DNA of 64,000 nt from Octopus sinensis (Eukaryota), in assembly GCF_006345805.1 (NCBI RefSeq), contig NW_021831731.1, positions 248,001-312,000 of the forward strand. Direction: 5' to 3'. Of the stretch, positions 54,904 to 64,000 are shown piece after piece (position 1 is the stretch's first letter; the number at the start of each line of letters is the position of its first letter). The position numbers were made by a program, and so were the translations under genes. The notes below the pieces were generated by a model that was not told where the DNA came from, ran no database searches, and was given only the letters and a program-made list of their open reading frames with translations.

Positions 54904-54905
<2 letters not shown>
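54191..54905 (+). mobile_element. Penelope-like element 3' fragment: Cys-rich linker, GIY-YIG endonuclease and terminal region
   Basis: [13 protein letters not shown], then after a frameshift [31 protein letters not shown]...KRLNKEATFI. Flanked by (TA)n on both sides. Confidence 0.85.
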
Positions 54906-54939
<34 letters not shown>

Positions 54940-55080
54940 GTATATACGTATTTTGAATATCCGTCTCACAATCCCAATTCAAATATTAACCAATTATTAT
55001 GTACATTACTTATACCTAAACACAAAGATTTCGTGTAACAGAAATAAAATTAGAACACACATTGTTCATACTTTACCGTC

Positions 55081-55250
55081 GCTCTGGGCAGGCTGGTAGA
55101 TTTGCAGAAACGATTGAGTGGCAGGTAAAACTTATTACAATATTTTCTTGATTTCCATTACGTTCTGAGTTCAAATCCAACCGAAGACAACGTTGATGGT
55201 TGATCGATAAAATAAGAAACAGTCTAGAACAGGAATTGATATAAACGACT
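55081..55250 (+). mobile_element. SINE family A copy
   Basis: TTACGTTCTGAGTTCAAATCC...GATCGATAAAATAAG match. Confidence 0.65.
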
Positions 55251-56251
55251 ATACACGCACCGAAGTTTCAGACCTTGTACATATGTTGAAGATTGTTAAT
55301 TGTAGCATAAAGTAAGTGGAATGATCTGAACCGGAAATCAAACTACATTGCGCACTCCATCCACATGAGAGTTTTATATTTTGGTCTTTGATGCTCATCA
55401 AATTGTTTAAAATAGTATCTAATAGATTGATATCATAAACGGCAACATTTCGAAAAACAAAGCCTTGCGATCTAAGCTTCACTCCTGTCCACAGTTATTC
55501 CCCTTATTTTGTTAATGCATGTATGAAAGGTTTGAACGTCACAACTCATATTCTGATTCCATTTGAAATCAATGGGAGCTGATTACCAGTTGTAATGGTT
55601 ATTTCTGATCACGAAAGGTCAGACAATCCACTCTATTTATTACGATAATACATGAGATAAATAAATATTTATTCATATTATATTGACTAAAGAATTTCTC
55701 TGTAGTTTTCTTTTTAGTGAATAAGTAAGTCTTTTTTCTGAATATTCGATTAGACACATTGTGTTTTCTTTGCTTGCTGCTAGTCATATTTAACGTAAAA
55801 AATATCCCCAAAACATTTTGTATATCCTTATATATTTGAGCAAATAACGGCGTGTACATGTATGTTCCTGTGACTATGTGTGTGATCTTTGTGCGTACTT
55901 CACTGATATTTTCTTTTAAATGTATGTATATTTTGTATGTCTGCATCTGTTTGCTTACATGCGTGTGCATATATATGTATATATGCGAATGATTATATAT
56001 TTTCATTGTTATATATGTGTGTATATTGTATTTATGTATACATCATCGTGATTCGCTTTTAAATGGGTGTATGTTTTGTGTGACTGCAACCACATTTGCT
56101 TGTACGTGTAAAAGTATATGTGTATAAGTGTTGATGTATATATATACACATATGTGTGCGTGTGTGAATAAAGTATATAAGCCGAGGCTTCAGAATACAT
56201 GCTTGTACACGTATAGATGTGTATATTTTTGCGTTCACATGTGTTAGAGAT

Positions 56252-56338
<87 letters not shown>

Positions 56339-58483
56339 GTTTGTGTTTGTGTGCGTGTATGTATGTGTGTTTTTGAGTATATGTATATGCATATATAAGC
56401 TGTATCTTCTATATGAATGTGTCACTTTCTCTCTCTAGCTGTTTTATATCCTATCCATAACTGTCATTCGTTTACATTGAATTGTTCATTTATATTGGAT
56501 TCAAGTCCCTTGACAGAAAATGTGAGCAAAAATGAGATTGGGAGAGAGAGAGAGAGAGAGGTGAGAAAGAGAGAGAGATTAAGAGAGAGATGTAAAATGA
56601 TCGAGGGGTAAGTGAGGTGAGATAGAGACCATAAGACTGAGAATGCCAAAAATAAAATAAAAACAAAGAGATTATGAAGGTATATAAAGAGGTAGATAGA
56701 TGGGTAGGGTGTGTACGTATATGGGTGTTTGCCAGAAAATAAGATAGAGAAAGGAATAACAAAAGGAGAGAGGGGCTTACAGAACAAAGCGAAGAAAAGC
56801 CAAAACAAAGTAGTAATAGTAATGAAGCAGTAAGAACAGAGAGAACAAGGGTCCTATATAGATTCGTGAAGTGTGTGCACGTAAGAATATGAAGAGAGAG
56901 AGAGAGAAGGGAAAAGAGAGAGAGGGGGAAAGAGAGAGAGAGAGAGAGAGGTGGGAGGGGGAGTTAAAAGGGAAAAGGATAAAAAGAAAGAGAAAAAGAG
57001 AGAAAACGAAATTGGGAAAGAAAATAGAATGATGCAGACATCTAAAGAGACACTATTTCTACGATAATGGAATTATTCTCTAGACGGAGGAACGGAACGA
57101 TAAGTAGCTAAAATTTAATTTCACCGCATATATGTGACGAATGATAAAAGAAAGCCTAGCAGACGATTTCAACTAAGAAAAATGGCGGTGGAATGTAAGA
57201 AATAATAAAAGGAACTAGTGGAAGAAATAGAGATGGATAAAAGAAGAAAAAAAGACGAAAGTGATAGAGAGAGAGAGAGAGAGAGAAGAAATAAAACAGA
57301 CAAAAATATAAAACATACTAAACTTTTAAAGGTTACCCAAAATTATCCTTAAAATAGGTTAAATCGAATAGAATTATAGGAGAAAGCAAATGCTCTGTGA
57401 GGGGATAGATAAAGAAATAAAGAAATAAAGAAAACACGCACGGTAGCGAACTTAAAAATTATATTAATAAAATGCTAAGGAAAATTTTAGAAACAGCGAT
57501 TGAGAGAAAGAAAATGAAATTATTATAAGAGAAAATAAAGAAAACAGGTGGTTTCACAAGAATCACACAACTAGATGAGGACAATGTTTCCAATAACAAT
57601 GACGATAATGCTAATTTGTACGACTGCCGGAAGAAAAATGAAAAGAAAAATGTCGACTTCAGCTGCTACAACAGTTAAAATGTTACTTTTTGATAACGCA
57701 ACTGATCTAGCAACATTATACGATTAGTTAAAGAAACTAAAATTCAAAACAAACTATTTAACTGCAAATAAAATGAAAACAAACAAGAAAAACGTTACAT
57801 AACAAAATTAAACATACGGACATAGATTATAAAAAAAAAAATACGCAGACGTAATATCACCTTCTGGTTTAAATTAACTTACGAAGGAGAAATAAAAAAA
57901 TGTAAACAACAACGAGAAAGATGGTGATGATGATGATGATTATGGTGACGACGATGACGACGACTGTGACGACAACAACAACAACAACAATGATGGCAAC
58001 CGCGACGAAGATAATTACACTGAAGGTGATAAAAATAAACCAGTCTTCATTAGCCACAGCTCTAAGAATGTGTATACCTGAAAAATGTTTCGGATTTACA
58101 ATTTAGAAAAGTGTCAAAATTTGCTTCTTCGTTTTACTAGTTTGAACTCTTCCAATTATTTCTTGGTGCTAGTTAGCAACAATCACAGTATTACACATCA
58201 GATTTATGGAATTCACTGTCAATAACTATTAGGAAACCTCATATTATTTAAAAAATAAATAAATTGAAAACATTTCGTTTAAAAGATACAGAATAAAGCT
58301 ACTCTTAATACGCTCTGCATTCTCAGTATCTTATATAATCATTATAACAGCATCACCATTGGCTGTTCGTCGGTAGTCGACGGTGACTGCTTATACTTAA
58401 ACGAAGACATTATTTATCTTACTGGCATCTGATTAAAAAAAAAAAAGAGAAGCTGCATTAGTTGTGTAGGATTTAAAAAAAAA

Positions 58484-58624
58484 ATGTTTCACCATCGTCA
58501 TCACCACCACCACCACTACAACTACTACCACCACAACCACCATAACCATAACCTCTACCCCTTGTTGGTGATGCTTCTAATGACGATGACAACAACGGCA
58601 CTACTACTACTTCTACTACTACTA

Positions 58625-58658
<34 letters not shown>

Positions 58659-58659
58659 G

Positions 58660-58723
<64 letters not shown>

Positions 58724-58760
58724 ACAATGCTATTAATTATAATGATGAAGATGTAAAGGA
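58484..58760. repeat. (CAC)/(CTA)/(CTG) trinucleotide array
   Basis: Direct reading. Confidence 0.9.
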
Positions 58761-59744
58761 TGACGGCGATGACGATGTCGATGGGGTGGTAATAGTCAGG
58801 CCGAACCAAAATCATCGTCATCATAATCGCTGTCATCTGGCTACTTGTAATTCAAAGATTTTTGGTTATTAATATGTGACAGTAGCTTGAAGCGTTTTAT
58901 TTTATGGCTTCTTTGTCTCCTTACAAAGTACGAGTGACGTAATCTATTGGATCATTTGATAACCACTGAAAAGTCCGTCATTATGAGTTGTAGCTAGCGG
59001 CAAGTCACACTGGTGCAATAGTTCTATGGTATGGTATCAAGTAAATATTGAAAAATATTGCAACTATCACCAATGATAGAATGATAATAACTATGGCTTA
59101 TATCCATAAACTCTTCTCCCAAAATTTCTTTGGAAACAGTACAAGAAATTCATATATTGGCAGGAATACAGTGCATTAGCATTGATTGGATATGAACTCT
59201 GTATTCCGCCACGCTGAATGCAGCTGAGGCAAACAATTTAGATATTTTGAAATAAGTCGTGATTTAATAGACAGAAAACTAAGGCAATGATGCTCATAGC
59301 AAATGAATTTTGGTCCAGAATCGTACAAAGCAGATTTCGAGAAGATACGGCGAATCCACTTATCTCAAGAGCTCTATAATACATCACAACCAGCAGAAGT
59401 AATATTGTAAGGACAGAAAACTAAAGGGCTTGCCGTAACGAGATCACGTAATCCTTTCAGGAAGATACCTGTATAAAAAAAATCTCATTCTGTGATTGAC
59501 TATTGCTTTACGCTTCAGAAAGTGGAGTTGAATTCCTAATCCTTTGGTTTATTGTGAGTTAAAAAGAATGCTATTTTCCCGAATATCAGAAAAATCAACT
59601 ATCTGTTTTGATTAAAAAAGATTCGTACGTGAAGTAACACAAATGTTTAGCTGCAGTTGTAATGAGAAATAATCATATTGGATGATAATGGTTGAAATAC
59701 AAACTTCAAGACATAATGATGACATCCTATTGCTAAAAATATTC

Positions 59745-59852
59745 CTTGCTGCTCTAGGCACAAAGGGGAGGGGATCAGTCGATTAGATCGACCCCAGTAC
59801 GCAACTAGTACTTAATTTATCGACCTAAAGGATGAAAGGCAAAGTCTACCTA
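59745..59852 (-). mobile_element. SINE family A, 3' part
   Basis: GTCGATTAGATCGACCCCAGTACGCAAC...GAAAGGCAAAGTC. Confidence 0.85.
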
Positions 59853-60669
59853 TGTTTTCACCACTTTCACTGTGTGAAATTAAGAGATAGAGCTCTAGTC
59901 ACACTGGATAGGACACTAGTCTATAACAGTCAAATTCACCACGTGTTCTGACACGTATCCTGGTTTGCGATGTAAGTAATGACCAGAGATAGTTTTGAAA
60001 ATGACCAAAGATACTTTACGAGAATGAAGGTCAAAAGTTGGTTTCGATTGTCCTTTAGAGCAATTCCTTATGTTGCAAATGTACTTTAGAAGACAAAAAA
60101 TGAGAATTCCCATCGCCCTTTTCCTGAAACTCTCAGTCTTAATCACATTTAAAAACATTTTATTTTCGTGTCCTTACATTTAATTACTATCATACATACC
60201 ACAGCTTTTGTATTATTTTCAGTTTTCAACAGACTTGTCTCCAAATTTACGACAACATTTGGAACTAACAGCAGAATGTATCGTTACAACGAGAGATTGC
60301 TTCAATTACCAGCTAAAATACAGAAGTGAATCATACACAATGCTTTGTTTGTATTGCTACTAAATTGATTAAAAGCTATGTGTAAAGTACAATATCTTCC
60401 CAACTCTAAGTAATTCTCAATGCTATTCGTAGTGACAATAACACCTCCATATACTGACACATACGCTGGTGTGTGTGTGTGTGCGCGCGCGCGCGTGTGT
60501 GTGTGTGCATGTGCGTGTGTGCACATACACGCATGTGTGTATGTATATATATACATACACACACACATATACGTTTCGGCATCTATAAGCATATTCATGT
60601 ATATTTTTTGTATATATATGTTTGCATACATTATATAGATATATACATGTGTATATATATATATACATG

Positions 60670-60761
<92 letters not shown>

Positions 60762-60762
60762 T

Positions 60763-61627
60763 CAGGTTGCGATGGGTAAATCGTCACCATTCTATATATT
60801 TAATTTAGCATATGTGCATTGCTTGTTTTTGATTTTGTCCACTGCACAGTATAGAAGGGTTTGTTGGGTACCGTCTGTTAGAAAAACAGCACAATAACGC
60901 AATTCACTTTGCCAGAAATTTGGAAACGACAAGTTGTACTACTTGTCATTCGCGCCGGGGCTCCGATACGAACATTTTAGGGTGTTTGGGTGTCAATGTT
61001 AGGACAGTGCAATCTGACGACATCTACCGAAAGTGATAAAAATCAAACATCCAGTCAACATCATGGTGTTTGTAGTGATCACTAGTGATGGCGACGTTAT
61101 GCCTCCATTCATCCTCCTACTCGGCTTCAGACTCAACATAGACGCCTACATCAAGTGCCTAGAGGTGTTAGTACTGCCCTTGGTCAAGAGGGTGGCTGCT
61201 GGAAAATCCTATGTCTGGCAATAGGACTCTGTACCATGCTACACAAGCAGGAAAACCTAATCATGGCTGTTTCTGCGACGACATTACCACTAAAATCTGA
61301 CCACTTAACTCCCCAGAGTTAGGTGGCCACTTGATTATTATGTGTGGGGCGTAGTTGAGTGAGAGACCAACAAAACTCCTTGTAACACCAAAGATGAACT
61401 GAAGGCAAGGATTAAGGAAGCAATGAAACCGCCCAGAAGAGTTGCAGGAGAATCCGAAGTCGTCTGGAGGCCATGGTTGAAGCCTATGGCGATTTTATTG
61501 AATAGATTTACTCTTTAGTATTTCAAGATATTTTTTATGCAATTTTAATAAATATGTCCGTTAAAATGAGATGTTAGTGCTATTTTCATTTTTGCGTAAT
61601 TTAGACGACAGTTTATTCACTGCACCG
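60763..61627 (+). mobile_element. Tc1/mariner element of maT (DD37D-like) type, internally deleted
   Basis: Degenerate TIRs CAGGTTGCGATGGGTAAATCGTC and (rc) CGGTGCAGTGAATAAACTGTCGTC, TA after the right end and a (TA)n run beside the left end. KHPVNIMVFVVITSDG...YVWQ*DSVPCYTSRKT...NSP..LDYYVWG...NTKDELKARI. D-D spacing is uncertain because of indels. Confidence 0.75.
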
Positions 61628-61654
61628 TATGTGTGTGTATATATATATATATTT

Positions 61655-61815
61655 TATTTTCTCTCCCTGTTCATTTCTGTGTTCCTTTCTGTCGAAGAGC
61701 GTAGACTCGAAACGTAAAATACTTTTTCACTTCCCGAGCGTTAAACTAATACATCTGTTTGTTGTTTACACACCCGTCTTCGTCTTTTGTTTTTTTTTGG
61801 TAAATTTCCACTATA
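61655..61815 (+). mobile_element. Second copy of the probable Penelope-type terminal repeat
   Basis: Near-identical to 24410-24570 and bounded by TA-rich repeats. Confidence 0.5.
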
Positions 61816-61959
61816 TATATGTATACTTTTACGTACTATTTTTGGTGAAGTGGTGAGTTGGACAGAAAACCTCTCCTTTGTGACTGGGTTAATCTGGTAT
61901 CTGAGATAAAAAATTGTACAAACGCTCTTTGAAGACCACTGCATCTACACCTCAGGAGA

Positions 61960-63920
61960 GCCTGAGTTTATTTTCGATCACTAAAAGTACCTCCTTTGAG
62001 GAAGGAATTCTCGCTGTCATGGAGCTGTTTATTTAAGCGATTGGAGATCTTTATTCTCTGTCTCATAACGACTCACCTATCGAGGAATGATGTTTTTGTA
62101 TGCAGTCGCTCTCTCTCTCTCTCTCTCTGGGACAAATCTAATGCATGACTCGTATTACTGACGTGAATTCTTTAAGTTTCATATCAATGTCTTGCATAGA
62201 GAGACTTTTAAGTCAATTTTACTGGAGTATCTGTTTTTCAGATACTCAAGCAAAAGGATGGCATCAAAACCCTGTCCAGCCTAAACTTCTAGTTAACCTT
62301 GTGGATGTTCAGATTGGATAGCATTTGGGAGTCATCTGGTTAACACACAATTAATTAGTTTGGGACCATACATCATCAGTTCTATCATATTGTGATCTGA
62401 AATGATTGTCGGCGATATATTCATATTGTGGATAAGTTCCACATTGTTGATGAAGCAGAGGTCCAATACGTTATTGTTTCTGATTGGGAAGAGTATGGTT
62501 TACTACATGAACAGCATTTACTTTTGCCCATATGCTGTTGGAGAAGTTGAATTCACCCACCAGAAGTACATTGACACATAGTTTTGTTAGTATTTCATCA
62601 TTGTAAGGCTTTTAACAAATTTACCATCGTAATTTGAGGCATTGGTTTGGTGATATGATGTACATATTACCACACCATGTTACTTTAAATGAACTATGGG
62701 TATGTGTCACAGATTGAGTTTCAAGGTGACAATAGGGTTAGTGGTGTGACATTTTCACAAATGTACAACAATTCCATCGTGACTTCTTTTCCTTCTGTCT
62801 GAAGGGAATACAGTACGCATTGGTATGAGTACCTCTGCATCGTTTATGTCGGCAGAAAGATGCGTCTCCGTAAATACAATGCATATTATTTGATTGCATG
62901 CGGAATGATCCTTCAAGTACACAATTTTGTACTTGCAGTTGCTTTGTAAGAGGCCTCCGATGTTTATCAGAAGAATTGGTGTGACCGCTAGCTTTTCAGC
63001 AATGGTAGTCACACTGGGTCTGTTTTTCTTTTTAGTGGCGGTCTTGTGTGTAGATGTGCATGGTTTAGTTTTGCCTGCAACCATGCCAGCTGCTACAATA
63101 TCTTTTGTGCCAGTCACATTTGAAAACATTCTATTGTTCCAAGGTTGCAGCCCGCACTGCATTTGTATACAGCTTTCAAATACAGTAGTCTTCACTGCAG
63201 GTCTGTACTGGGATGCGAGTCTTTCTGTATGTGATTTTGTCCTTCCTTGTTGATTAAGTGGAGAGTCGTTTTTGCCATGGGTTCCGTTCTGCTTGAGATT
63301 TTGATGTGCAAAGCATCAATTCGTCCCCATCTCTTTATGTCAGCAGATATCTTTCAGATGAAATTTCGCTGTTTCTTTCTGTGGTTTTCCTATTGAGTCT
63401 GAACACTGTTTCATCAGGCTTTCGATTGGTTCCTTTACCTTTTCCACTATTTCGGGAGGTGGTGTTAGGGCTGCTTTTCTTAAAAGCTTTCATTTTCCTT
63501 CTTTTTTCAATTTCTTCATACTCGTGAACTTCAATCTCCTTGTTTGATGGCTACCTTGTTACCTTCCTTATTGGGCCTTCCACATGGAGTTTCAAAGTTG
63601 TAACTGTTCTCTATGCCAGGTGCTCCACTTGAGGAGCATCATTTAAAAAAAATAGTATCTAGTGTGTTCAAGTATGGCCTGATGAGTGCATAGCAACGGA
63701 TAAATTCACCTTTTACGTCATATTTATGCTACAGATCTGGTAAATCCGTTGTTTTTCGGGGATGCTGCGATAAGGTTGGTGGGCGAATCCTTTTCGCCTA
63801 TCACCTAAGCTCCGAGGAACACGTCTATACACATATATCGGTAACCTTCCAGTTTCTTGAGAACATGTTTTACTTTCTTCTTTGTGTTGTTTGGTTATAT
63901 GTGTGATTTGTTCGTTCATG
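61960..63920 (-). mobile_element. CR1-group LINE 5' portion (ORF1 remnants and APE endonuclease), decayed
   Basis: LLINIGGLL...IVFTETHLSADINDAEV..P...SDRRKRSHDG (APE N-terminus) and RNNNVLDLCF...PTIISDHNMI (APE C-terminus). The upstream ORF1 assignment is weaker. Confidence 0.75.
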
Positions 63921-63927
63921 CAGAGGA

Positions 63928-63963
<36 letters not shown>

Positions 63964-64000
63964 GGGAGAGAGAGAGCGAGGGAGCAAGAAACCGAAGGTA

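Noticed and set aside
63679-63705. CTGATGAG hammerhead-like core
   Set aside because: There is no downstream GAAA or cleavage triplet with a matching stem I.

Overview
Eukaryotic, AT-rich, extremely microsatellite-dense genomic DNA. The repeat families and simple-repeat load are most consistent with an octopod cephalopod (Octopus-type genome); this is my recognition, not a database result. There is no prokaryotic content, CRISPR array, rRNA or true tRNA gene. Almost all ORF-track hits are translations of simple repeats. The window is mostly transposable elements: many tRNA-derived SINEs, at least eight R4/Dong-like restriction-endonuclease retroelement fragments (one with an intact 327-codon 3' ORF set in (TAA)n), three L1/Tx1 fragments, CR1-group, RTE and Penelope-like fragments, and four DNA transposons (a full-length DD34D mariner, a full-length Chapaev3-like element with TTA TSD, a Merlin and a maT-like element). 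A probable spliced host gene of unknown product lies on the minus strand, with its best exons at 1.7-4.1 kb. The most interesting signals are these. (i) A main SINE family carries a Tx1-derived 3' tail and recurs three times as a dimer with an identical junction. (ii) R4/Dong-type and Tx1/SINE-type elements use the same AAT/ATT microsatellite in opposite polarity. (iii) Candidate minimal hammerhead ribozymes sit in (TA)n-associated Penelope-type termini. (iv) A microhomology-joined patchwork is copied from two nearby loci. Coordinates of decayed elements are approximate.
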